Below are positions 6,900-16,273 of a stretch of DNA of 32,000 bases, piece after piece (position 1 is the first letter of the stretch; the number at the start of each line of letters is the position of its first letter). Made by a program: the position numbers and the translations under genes. Source of the DNA: Megasphaera elsdenii DSM 20460 (GTDB taxonomy: Bacteria; Bacillota; Negativicutes; Veillonellales; Megasphaeraceae). The stretch covers positions 2,280,001 to 2,312,000 of the forward strand of contig NZ_CP027570.1 of NCBI RefSeq assembly GCF_003010495.1. Direction: 5' to 3'. A model generated the notes under the pieces. It was not told the origin of the DNA, searched no databases, and saw nothing but the letters and a program-made list of their open reading frames with translations.

Positions 6900-9800
6900 A
6901 TTCTCTCAGCTTCCTTTCGATATCGTCCCAATCGCCCATCATCATGTAGAAGTTGTAGCGGTTGAAGACATAGCCCTTCCCGCCTTCTTCCTGATGGAGG
7001 ATGTTCAAATCGGTCATTTCATCAATCAGGGCCTGGAGCTGTTCATCTCGCATGTCGGCGATTTTATGGACTTCGTAAGCGGCGCACACATCCCGGATGG
7101 TGTCGAGGGTGACCGGCACGACCCGCTGCTGTTCATACTGGTACTGATAGGCGACGACGAGGGCGATGATGGCATAGTAATTGTCCGCATCCAGTTCCAG
7201 GGTAATCATGAACAGGTCATCGATTTTCTGCCGGAATTTTTCGTCCTTCAGCAAGTCTTTCAAGTAGCTTTCATCCAATGGATAAGGCGGCGTATTGCAG
7301 TCCGTGAAGAGCTGGTTCTTGTATTGGCTGCGGATACTTTCGACGAGGTTCTTGCCGTAATACTGGATCAGTCCCGGGAAGTAATTAGTCTGGGCCAGGA
7401 TAGTGCTGATGATATCCTGGTTGCGGATTTCAAAACCCAGGTAGCTGAGCGGTTTTAAGAGGAGTTCGTTCGCTTCCAGGTAGCCGAAGGGCTTGACGAC
7501 CAGGTGGTCCAGCTGGGCGAAGACGGTATTATCGCCTAACTGTCTCCGGTCGAAGCGGATGACGTTGTGCAGGCCGGCAAAGATGAATTTGAAATGGCCC
7601 GGCACGTAGTCGCGGATGTCCTTCAGCACTTCAATAGGACGGTTCTGCTGAGCCGCCGCATCGACGAGGAAATGGTCCGATTCGTCATAGAGGATCATGA
7701 GCTTGTCGATGTTTTTCTTTCCTTGTGACCACAGGTCTTTCAAGCTCCGCCCCAGTTCATCCCACGTCCGGACATGTTTGTTCAGGATGCCTGCCCGCCG
7801 GAGTTCGTCGCACGTATCTCCTAAGACAGCGTCGCCATCTTTGTTCTTGATGTCGAGGTAAATGGCATAGTTCCCCTGCTCCGGATGGTGGACCAGGTAG
7901 CGGGTCTGCCGCAAGAGGGCACTCTTGCCCAGCTGTCGGCCGCCATAGACGAAGACCGGGCCGGCCATGTCCTGGATGGCTGCCAATTCAGTCGACCGGC
8001 CAATGAACATTTCCGGCGGAATCCGGGCTTCACTGATGAAGGGCTGGACATAGGCAAAGGGCAAGGCCAGGGCCAGCAGCTTATCGTTGCGGTCGTTCTT
8101 TTCAAAATGCGTCAGGTACAGGGCCAGGACCCGGTCCAGGACCAAGACGTTCTGCATATCCAGGTTGGTCTTCATGAGTCTGGCCAATTCGCGCCGATCC
8201 GAAAGGGTCAGGGCGGAGTCGAGGAAAAAGAGGGTCCCCTTTTCTTTGGCTACACTGAGCTGGGATATTTCATTGACGATGCTCTGCGGCGTGTGGCTGC
8301 CCCGGAAGAGGACGACATTCAGCCCATTGTAGTAGGCGCCGCTGCCAAAGACGGCAAAGGGATGGTGGAACCGGGGCGGATTCTTTTCGAACTTCACACT
8401 GTAACAGGTACAATTCTTTTCGGCCCGGCTGACCTGGATATCGGCGATGTTCCCATATCCCAGGCCCTCTAACAAGGGCTTCATCGATTTGCCGGGGGCG
8501 CTGGATTCAGCCGACCAGGCTTCGACGAAGTCGAGGCCGTCCTTTTCCTTGCGGTTCAGGCGGTCATGGACCCGTTTATTGCGGATTCCCGGCTTCTGGT
8601 CATAAATATTCTTTAGAGATAATTTTTTATTCTTGTTGCACAAATCGAATCCGGCCTGGTACTGTTCCAGGAATTGCGTGAACGTCTTCAGGCCGAAATC
8701 ACCTTGATAATTCAGGATGAGCTTCATTTCACGAGGGCTCTTGTGAGCACAGCGGTGCAGGTAGTCTTCGACGATGGTCAGGTTGCCATGGTCGAGCCAG
8801 GCCTGAATCGGGTCCAGCCAGGACAAGTCTTCCTCCTGGATTTGGGAGCGGAACTGGTCCAATTCGCGCTGCACGCTCTGACGGCGCGGTTCCGCTTCTT
8901 CATCGATGTGTTTCAGGCAGCTCTGGAGCAAGTCCTTGTACAGGGCAAAGTTCTCAGTCTTTTTGAAGTGGCTTCGGGCAGTATCGGCTACGGAAAAATA
9001 ATGTTCCATCCGTTCTTTGCCGATGATTTTTCCATAGTTGGCCGCCAGTTCGACGTCGCTCCGGTAATTTTCCGTATCGGCTGCGGCATACTGCAACCCG
9101 TACTGCAAGACCGTATCCCGCTTCCCGACGCGCTTTACCGCATCATCCAGGCCGGCGATTTGTCTGGCTATGCCCAAATTATAAACACGGACAGCCTGAT
9201 GATAGGCGTCCTGCCAGGAAAGGTCCGCCGTTTGGGACAAGCGTGCCTGGATATACCGCTGCAAGCGCGGGACGAGCGGGTATTCCCCGTCGTAGTCTGG
9301 CGTCAAGTCGGGCAGATAATCCGAATCCAGTTCAAAGGCGTTGGCTTTTAGTAAAGGGGCATAGTAAGGTTCGCCGCTGGAACAGCCCTGGAACTGCCGG
9401 GTCAAGTCGTTCAATAAGGCCTGAAGCACGGCTTTCGCCAGCTCATCCATCACGGTATCTACGGTCTGTCCGGCCAGCTCCGCTTGGGCCTGTTGTAACA
9501 GATCCAACCCTTTTTGCCGCTGCTGCGCCAAGACGTCCGGTGAAAGGCCATGCTGGTTCTGCTCATGCTGTGCCGCCTGTTTGGCCAGGATATAGCGGCA
9601 AAGGATGAGCACGGATTTCTTGATTAATTTGATTTGCTGCGTCGCATCTTTTCCCAGGAAGCGTTCGTTCTTTCGTTCGCCCACGGGAATACTGAACCAA
9701 ACGCCGTCCAAATATTCTTTTACTTTATTTTCATTGACCAGACGGTCTTCAATCCGATTTACTGGCGTATCCGCTGTCAAGGGCGTGTTAAGGAAGGTAT

Positions 9801-12207
9801 TACAAAAATCGCTGAGTTCCGTAAGGTCGAAGGCATCGACGTCTTTAAAATATGGGACGACCTGCCCATGACCACCGTATAACTGGGAGCGCAGGCCCCG
9901 CAGCCGGGGATGGGGCGACGGTTTCCGTTCATCCATGCACAGGGCCTGGTACTGTTCGGCTACGGCCTGACGGGCCCCATCGAGATCGACAGGCTGGCGG
10001 TCCGATGCGTGCTGCTGCAGACCATAGGCCAAGGACATACCTTGGGTATCGGCAAAGTTCTTGCATAAGGATACAAATTGTTTCAACGCCGGAATGGCTG
10101 TAAAGGCTTCATTCGGTTCTTCATTGATGCGGATCCACGTCTTGCTCAGCAAGTAGCCTTTCGGTTCAGCCGGCGCAAAAAAGGCGCGGACCATGGCGGC
10201 AGCATTCAGGACATCCCGGGACTGGCCCATTTCGATGGCCGTCAGGGAAATCATGGAGTCCCAGAAATCGAAGCCGTCGGAATGGGCAGCCGGGTCATAC
10301 AGCGGATCGCCGAGGATATAGGCGATTTCATCAGATAAAACTTCCCAATCCGCTTCGTCAGGACCAGCCGTGCTGGCCAGGGCATGGAGCCAGAAACTGC
10401 CTTCGGCCCGATGGCCTTTCTGGAGCAGCTGGCAGAAGGACTGCAAAGCGTCGGCCCTATCCGTGACTGCATCAGCCGTCGAGTCAGGAACCGCTTCTTC
10501 TGACGGTACCGATTCTGGCTGGGCTTCTTCCGTTTTTTCTGTTTCTTCCGGTTCTTCTGGTACCCCAGGTGCATCGGATTCATCTGGCCCATCCAGGTTC
10601 GGGACTTCCGCGACATGTTCATTGAGGAACAGCATTTTCTGCGTCTTTTCCCGGATATCCAGGCAATCGGGGATATCCACTTCGGCTTTCTTCACAGCTA
10701 CGGCAAAGAGGTCATCAGCCGTCAGGACTTCGCCTTTTGACGAAAAGAGAAAATCCCCCTTTTCATCGGGATGGGTCAAGGCCACATAGATATCTTCGGT
10801 CCCGAAGCGGGTCATCCAGGGCTTGGCGTATTCCCGGGAATCGGTCAGAAGCAGCTTGACAGCCGTCGATTTCGCCACGTACTGGAAGTCTTTCTGATCG
10901 GCTTCCAGCTCGGCTTCCGAAAAGGGTGGCCTGATGAGGAGGTATGCCGGCAGGAAGGTTCCATCATCGACCACCATGGACTTCCCAAAAATCACATAGC
11001 CAAAAAAGGCTTGGCGCTGAGCCCTGAAAAAGGCTATTTCATAGGGACTGTGATCCAATACCTGAAGGACGAAGCGCTCCATTTCATATAAGCGGCTGAA
11101 GCAGGTCCAGTCCGTCATTCTTGTAAAATAAGGGATATTGAAATATTTGCGCACTTTGTCGCGCTTCAAGACGTCATACGTCTCTGGCGTGAGCCGGTAA
11201 AAGGGCTGCGTTCCCCACTGATATTTGGCGGCCAGGCCCCAGTCCAAGAAGCGGCTGCGGATGGCTTGGAGACTGTTTTCAAACGTATCGGCGCCCATTC
11301 TTTTCTGCTGTTCCTGCAAGCCCCTCGACAGCCGGGCTTCTTCCCCTTCCCCGACAAAATCATGGAAACAGAGGGCCATGAGCCAGAAGATAGCCATCCC
11401 TTCGGTCTGTTCAGCGAACTGCTGGATGTCATGGGTAAAGGATTTAGCCCCTTTCAATTTAGCACGCAAGGGCTTCTGTTGAACCAAAGTCATGCCATCA
11501 GGCATAGCCGGCGCTGAAGTCGCCTTTTCAAGGGCCGGTACGGGTGCTGGTTCCGGTTCCGGAGTGAAAGCCGGTGTAGGCGGTACTTTCGCTGCGGTTT
11601 CCTCGGGAGCCGCAGCCGACTGTCCTTCTGTCAAGCGGAAATCATGATAGATGCAGGCCAGGCTGATATCGCCGCCGAACTGGCTGCGCAGGGAATCGGC
11701 CAGGTCCCGGTCCAAGAGGGGTCCGTCGAAGCGGACGGCTTCCAGGAAGCGGATATATTTTTCGGCCTGTTCCGATAGTTCGTCGAAGGTCAGGGACAGG
11801 CCCAACAAGGCCTTGACATCGCCCTGCATCTGGCGGAACTGGCTGGCTATGGACTCATCAGTTCCCACATAGACCACGTCGAATATGCCTTCCAATTGAT
11901 GTACCATGGCTTTCATGGCCTCGCGGTTTTCCTGTTCCCGATGCCAAGCTTCGATTCGTTCCCCTAATTCATCGGCTTTATCGGCCGTCGCAATCTGGAC
12001 CTGTGCCAGGGCCTGACATAGCGCATCCTGGGCTTGGCTCAGTGCTTGCAAATCGTCCCGGACGGCTTGCTGCTGACGTTCCGGAAACCACAATCCATTA
12101 TCCAAGGCTACACATAACCCCTGAATATGCTGCCGGCTGTCTTTACGGACAACCATCATATGCTCGTAGAGTTCTTTAAGCTTTTCATATTCATCCATTC
12201 CGGTCAT
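6886..12207 (-). CDS. Giant (1773 aa) protein with a C-terminal STAND/ORC-like P-loop NTPase domain
   Basis: Walker A is GGRQLGKS (residues 1422-1429, nt 7921-7944), preceded by FIGRSTEL. Walker B is LMILYDESD (residues 1503-1511, nt 7675-7701). Two Pro/Glu-rich linkers lie at nt 11500-11619 and 10462-10605. The ATG at 12198 has better RBS spacing than the one at 12207. Confidence 0.85.
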   Translation of the reverse strand: MTGMDEYEKLKELYEHMMVVRKDSRQHIQGLCVALDNGLWFPERQQQAVRDDLQALSQAQDALCQALAQVQIATADKADELGERIEAWHREQENREAMKAMVHQLEGIFDVVYVGTDESIASQFRQMQGDVKALLGLSLTFDELSEQAEKYIRFLEAVRFDGPLLDRDLADSLRSQFGGDISLACIYHDFRLTEGQSAAAPEETAAKVPPTPAFTPEPEPAPVPALEKATSAPAMPDGMTLVQQKPLRAKLKGAKSFTHDIQQFAEQTEGMAIFWLMALCFHDFVGEGEEARLSRGLQEQQKRMGADTFENSLQAIRSRFLDWGLAAKYQWGTQPFYRLTPETYDVLKRDKVRKYFNIPYFTRMTDWTCFSRLYEMERFVLQVLDHSPYEIAFFRAQRQAFFGYVIFGKSMVVDDGTFLPAYLLIRPPFSEAELEADQKDFQYVAKSTAVKLLLTDSREYAKPWMTRFGTEDIYVALTHPDEKGDFLFSSKGEVLTADDLFAVAVKKAEVDIPDCLDIREKTQKMLFLNEHVAEVPNLDGPDESDAPGVPEEPEETEKTEEAQPESVPSEEAVPDSTADAVTDRADALQSFCQLLQKGHRAEGSFWLHALASTAGPDEADWEVLSDEIAYILGDPLYDPAAHSDGFDFWDSMISLTAIEMGQSRDVLNAAAMVRAFFAPAEPKGYLLSKTWIRINEEPNEAFTAIPALKQFVSLCKNFADTQGMSLAYGLQQHASDRQPVDLDGARQAVAEQYQALCMDERKPSPHPRLRGLRSQLYGGHGQVVPYFKDVDAFDLTELSDFCNTFLNTPLTADTPVNRIEDRLVNENKVKEYLDGVWFSIPVGERKNERFLGKDATQQIKLIKKSVLILCRYILAKQAAQHEQNQHGLSPDVLAQQRQKGLDLLQQAQAELAGQTVDTVMDELAKAVLQALLNDLTRQFQGCSSGEPYYAPLLKANAFELDSDYLPDLTPDYDGEYPLVPRLQRYIQARLSQTADLSWQDAYHQAVRVYNLGIARQIAGLDDAVKRVGKRDTVLQYGLQYAAADTENYRSDVELAANYGKIIGKERMEHYFSVADTARSHFKKTENFALYKDLLQSCLKHIDEEAEPRRQSVQRELDQFRSQIQEEDLSWLDPIQAWLDHGNLTIVEDYLHRCAHKSPREMKLILNYQGDFGLKTFTQFLEQYQAGFDLCNKNKKLSLKNIYDQKPGIRNKRVHDRLNRKEKDGLDFVEAWSAESSAPGKSMKPLLEGLGYGNIADIQVSRAEKNCTCYSVKFEKNPPRFHHPFAVFGSGAYYNGLNVVLFRGSHTPQSIVNEISQLSVAKEKGTLFFLDSALTLSDRRELARLMKTNLDMQNVLVLDRVLALYLTHFEKNDRNDKLLALALPFAYVQPFISEARIPPEMFIGRSTELAAIQDMAGPVFVYGGRQLGKSALLRQTRYLVHHPEQGNYAIYLDIKNKDGDAVLGDTCDELRRAGILNKHVRTWDELGRSLKDLWSQGKKNIDKLMILYDESDHFLVDAAAQQNRPIEVLKDIRDYVPGHFKFIFAGLHNVIRFDRRQLGDNTVFAQLDHLVVKPFGYLEANELLLKPLSYLGFEIRNQDIISTILAQTNYFPGLIQYYGKNLVESIRSQYKNQLFTDCNTPPYPLDESYLKDLLKDEKFRQKIDDLFMITLELDADNYYAIIALVVAYQYQYEQQRVVPVTLDTIRDVCAAYEVHKIADMRDEQLQALIDEMTDLNILHQEEGGKGYVFNRYNFYMMMGDWDDIERKLREYGNA

Positions 12208-12366
12208 CTCCTATTCCGTACTCTCTTGACTCACTGCGAACCGCTCTATTTATTAATTCGATACAAAACAGTAAAATCCTGCACCGTTTTTTTATCCAGT
12301 ATTTACGCGTTTCATACATTTCTTTGCTATACTGAGAGGACTAGCACAGAAAAGGAATGATAGAGA

Positions 12367-13032
12367 GTGAAGAAACTGACTTATGAAAATATTGCCCATG
12401 CGAAAGAGTTGAATGTCTATTTAGAACAGGGGAACCGGGTCCTCGATGCCTTGGGGTATACGGACCATTCGCAAAAACATACGGCCAAAGTGGCTGTCAC
12501 GGCCGGTAAAATTCTAAAGAAGCTCGGCTATGACGCCCACACGGTAGAACTCGTGCGCATCGCGGGGTATATGCATGACCTGGGGAACAGCATCAACCGC
12601 GTGGATCATGCCCATACGGGGGCTCTCATGGCCTTTCATTTCCTGCGCGACTGGGGCGCGCCGCCAGAAGATATTGCGGCCATCATCTCAGCGATCGGTC
12701 AGCACGATGAACGAAGCGGCATCGCTTTCGACCCCATTTCGGCAGCCTTAATCTTGGCCGACAAGAGCGACGTCCGCCGGGACCGCGTCCGCAACACCGT
12801 ACCGGAAACTTTTGACAAGCACGACCGCGTCAATTATGCGGCTTTGTCTTCAAAGCTCCACGTCGATACGCACAAGAAAGTCATTACTTTGAACATCGAG
12901 CTCGATGAATCGATTTGTTCTATGATTGATTATTTTGAAATCTTTTCCCAGCGCATGCTCATGTGCAAGCGGGCTGCCGAAGTCCTGGACCTGCGCTTCA
13001 AACTGGTAGCCAATGGCAATAAAATCGCATGA
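12367..13032 (+). CDS. HD-domain metal-dependent phosphohydrolase
   Basis: 221 aa with a GTG start 9 nt after AAAGGAA. Motifs: HSQKH, GYMHDLGN, HAHTG, GQHDE. An extended -10, TGCTATACT, lies at 12325-12333. Confidence 0.7.
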   Translation: MKKLTYENIAHAKELNVYLEQGNRVLDALGYTDHSQKHTAKVAVTAGKILKKLGYDAHTVELVRIAGYMHDLGNSINRVDHAHTGALMAFHFLRDWGAPPEDIAAIISAIGQHDERSGIAFDPISAALILADKSDVRRDRVRNTVPETFDKHDRVNYAALSSKLHVDTHKKVITLNIELDESICSMIDYFEIFSQRMLMCKRAAEVLDLRFKLVANGNKIA

Positions 13033-13093
13033 CGCTTTTGAGTGTCATACAATTATGATAAAACATACATATTTCGTAGCTTATCGAAAAAAA

Positions 13094-13138
13094 GGCGACA
13101 CCTAATTTTTAACATTTAGGCATGTCGCTTTTTCTTTT
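13094..13138 (+). terminator. Intrinsic terminator after the HD gene
   Basis: Interrupted stem GGCGACA-CCTAA / TTAGG-CA-TGTCGC, followed by TTTTTCTTTT. An A-run lies upstream. Confidence 0.55.
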
Positions 13139-13194
13139 CCATGATACACTTATAATATAGTTTAAAATATGTTGCAGAGAAAGGAATCATACTT

Positions 13195-13752
13195 ATGCTA
13201 CGTTATGGAAAAGGAACACTTCTCATTACGGTCCTGACCGGACTGCTGGCCCTGTCCCTGCTGACGGCAGGATGCGGCAGTACGACACAGACTAAGAGTA
13301 CTGCCGTTTCAGTCAAGGCCATGAAAGTTCTCCAGCAGGATACGGCTGTGAGCCACGACTATTCAGGGCAGATCAAATCGACTAACGCCGTCACGATCAA
13401 GCCCCGCGTCTCCGGGGAAATCGTGGAGAAATACTTCACGTCTGGCGCACCCGTCGAAAAGGGACAGGCCTTATATAAAATCGACGACCGCCAATATGAA
13501 TCGGAAGTCCTCTCGGCTAAATCGAATGTCGATAAGGCCCGGACGACGCTCAATAACTCCCTCGTCGACTTGAACCGCTATCAGCAGTTGGCAGCATCCG
13601 GCGCCGTAGCGGAACAGACCTTGACCAACCAGCAAGCCACGGTAGACAGCAATCAGTCGAGTTACGACGATGCCAATGCCCTCTTGCAGAAGGCCCAGGA
13701 AAATTTAGACGATACGATCATCCGGTCGCCGAATTCGGCAATATTATCTTGA
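13195..13752 (+). pseudogene. RND efflux periplasmic adaptor (MFP), truncated to about half length
   Basis: Lipoprotein signal with the LTAGC lipobox, and a coiled-coil MFP N-terminal half. Reading stops after ...DDTIIRSP-NSAILS, where the sequence switches into RND permease sequence in another frame. Confidence 0.7.
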
Positions 13753-16181
13753 AATCGGCTTCAAACGGCCAATTCGTCTACCTCAAGGATGTAGCCAACA
13801 TCCAGACGGGGACGCAGAACGAAAGCAGCAATTCCAAGATCAACGGGAAGACCGGTATCGGCTTCGGTATCCAGCTCTCCAGTGACGCCAATGCCTTAGA
13901 TACGATTACGGAAGTCAAGAAGGTCCTGGACCAGGCTAAGGAAACATTCCCGCCTGACCTGGATTATACCATCGTCATGGACAATACGAATTTCATCAAT
14001 GCCTCGATTAACGAAGTCAAAGATACTTTCGTCGAATCGCTGCTCCTGGTCATCCTCGTCGTCTTCGTCTTTCTGCAGAAATGGCGGACGACGCTCATCC
14101 CGGTCCTGGCCGTTCCCGTTTCTATCGTCGGTACTTTTGCTTCTTTCAAAATCCTCGATTTCACCATCAATACGCTGACCCTGTTCGCCATGGTCTTGGC
14201 CATCGGCCTGGTCGTCGACGACGCCATCGTCGTCATAGAAAATGTCGAAGAGCATATGTCCAAGGATAAACTGTCTTCTAAGGATGCGACGGAAGCAGCC
14301 ATGAAAGAAGTCCAAGGGCCCATCATCGCTACGACAGCCGTCTTGGCTTCGATTTTCATTCCCGTCGCTTTCATCGGCGGTGTCACTGGCGTCCTGTACA
14401 AGCAGTTCGCCGTGACCATCACCATTTCCGTCGTCATCTCGGCCTTCGTCGCCCTGACCTTGACGCCAGCCTTATGCGGTGTCCTTCTGAAGCCCGGCGA
14501 CAAGGCCATCCAGGCCGGGCCGCTGGGGGCCTTCTTCCGCGGGTTCAACCGGGCTTTCGACCATTTCAAGGACCGCTACACGGGGAAAGTCGGCTGGATG
14601 ATCCGTCATCTGAAATATGCCGCTGTCTTCCTCATCCTGGTCACGGGCCTCATGGGCATCTGCTACCAGGTCCTGCCGTCGACGTTCGTCCCCGATGAAG
14701 ACCAGGGGTACTTCATGGCCAGCATCACCATGCCTGAAGGGACTTCCTTGAATCAGACCATCAAGACCGTCGACGCGGCAGCGGAAGAGACGCGGCAGAT
14801 TCCCGGCGTCAAAGATGTCATGACCCACGCCGGCGGCTCTACGTCGAATACGGGCAATCTCTATGTCGCGCTGGAAAATTGGGATGACCGCCAATCGAAC
14901 GACCTCAGCGCCGAATCGATTATTGCCAAATTCAATAAGACCGTCGTTCCCAAGCATCCCGAAGCCCGTGTAGCGGCTTTTAATCCGTCATCCCTGCCCG
15001 GCATGGGCCAGGAAGGCGGCTGGACCATGCAGCTCATGGATAATACGGGCCTGTCCGATACGGAACTGGGAAACGCAGCCAACCAGGTAGTCGCCGCCTG
15101 CTCCCAGCGGCCGGAATTATCCGGTGTCCGCACGAGTTACGCCACCAATACGCCGAGCGTCGCTTATACGGTAGACCGCGAAAAAATTAAGAACCTGGGC
15201 ATTGAACTGTCTGACGTTTTTACAGCGCTCCAGACCAACTTCGGCGGTTCGTCGGTCAATGACTTCACCCAGTTCGGCCGGTCGTACAAGGTCATCGTCC
15301 AGGCCGACACATCGTACCGTTCTCAGGCAGACAGCTTGAAGTTCATTTCCGTCAAGTCGTCGTCAGGGAAAATGGTTCCCCTCGATACGCTGCTGACCAG
15401 TTCGATGACCACCGGGCCGTCGTCAATCACCCGGTTTAATGGCGTCCGCAGCGTCACCATCCAAGGCAGTGCTGCCAGCGGCTACAGCTCTGGCGAAGCC
15501 ATGGCAGCGGCCGAAGAAGCGGCCAAGAGCGTCATGCCGACGGGGATGACCATCGAATGGTCTGGCCAGAGCCGCGAAGAAAGCACCTCGTCCAGTTCAA
15601 CGACAAAAATTCTGATCATGGCTCTGGTCTTTGCCTTTCTCTGCCTGGCAGCCCTTTATGAAAGCTGGTCCATGCCGTTCGCCGTCTTATTCACCGTACC
15701 GACGGGTATCTTTGGAGCCGTCGGCTCAGAATACATCATCCGCCAGCTGGCGACTTTGTTCAATGCCAACACGAGCGGCTTCTTGAACAGCGTCTACATG
15801 CAAATCGGCGTCATCATGATCATCGGCTTGGCAGCTAAGAACGCCATCCTCATCGTCGAATTCGCCAAAGAGCGCGTCGACAAGGGCGTCGACCCGATGG
15901 AAGCCGTCGTCATCGCATCCAAGCTGCGCCTGCGGCCAATCCTCATGACAGCCTTTACGGCCATCATCGGCTGCCTGCCCCTGGCCTTTGCCAGCGGTGC
16001 CGGTGCTGGAGCCCGCTGCGGCATGGGCGTCGCCGTCGTCGGCGGCATGACCTTCGCTACCCTTTGCGGGTTGCTCCTCATCCCGGCGTTTTGCATCATT
16101 TCCGAAAAAATGGCCCGCAACTTCTGGAAAGCCACGGGCCTGAAGCGAATCAAATTCAAATACCGCATGTTGCGGCGGTGA
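13731..16181 (+). pseudogene. AcrB-type RND permease lacking its N-terminal ~215-235 residues
   Basis: The frame translation from 13731, EFGNIILKSASNGQFVYLKDVANIQTG...ANALDT..., matches the AcrB region STEEFGKILLK...RDVAKIELG as I recall it. Later motifs (LAIGLVVDDAIVVIENVE, TM7-12) are intact. The only in-frame start is a TTG at 13749, with no TM1. Confidence 0.7.
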
Positions 16182-16215
16182 AAAAAAGCTTGTCGCATGT
16201 GCGACAAGCTTTTTT
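16182..16215. terminator. Bidirectional intrinsic terminator
   Basis: Perfect palindrome AGCTTGTCGCA..TGCGACAAGCT (16187-16210), flanked by A7 and T6. Confidence 0.75.
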
Positions 16216-16250
16216 AAGTGGTTAGTAGCTAGTGGTTAGTAGTTAGCGGA
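16216..16250 (+). repeat. Heptad array of the TAGTRRY family
   Basis: Phased units AAGTGGT TAGTAGC TAGTGGT TAGTAGT TAGCGGA, directly after the terminator of the RND gene. Confidence 0.6.
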
Positions 16251-16273
16251 TGGTTTTAAATTTAAAGCAATCG

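Larger units (their letters stand above)
4001..12366. mobile_element. Putative integrase-associated genomic island (boundaries not resolved)
   Basis: The segment holds a tyrosine integrase, a type I toxin-like ORF and a two-gene NTPase/HEPN cassette between housekeeping-looking genes. I could not find convincing att direct repeats. Confidence 0.35.

Noticed and set aside
6865-11517. Many 70-225-aa + strand and out-of-frame minus-strand ORFs inside the giant gene (e.g. 6865-7458, 7885-8472, 8674-9351)
   Set aside because: All are nested in one uninterrupted 5.3-kb frame with a coherent protein sequence. They show low-complexity or Arg/Pro/Gly-rich composition and have no RBS.
13731-13736. EcoRI site (GAATTC) exactly at the RND deletion junction, suggestive of a cloning scar
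   Set aside because: The GAATTC encodes the conserved Glu-Phe of the AcrB EFG motif, so it is expected in the native gene. There is no vector-like sequence around it.
13896-14957. Antisense ORFs within the RND permease gene (13896-14315, 13964-14569, 14472-14957)
   Set aside because: The + strand frame matches AcrB-type motifs throughout, so these are shadow ORFs.
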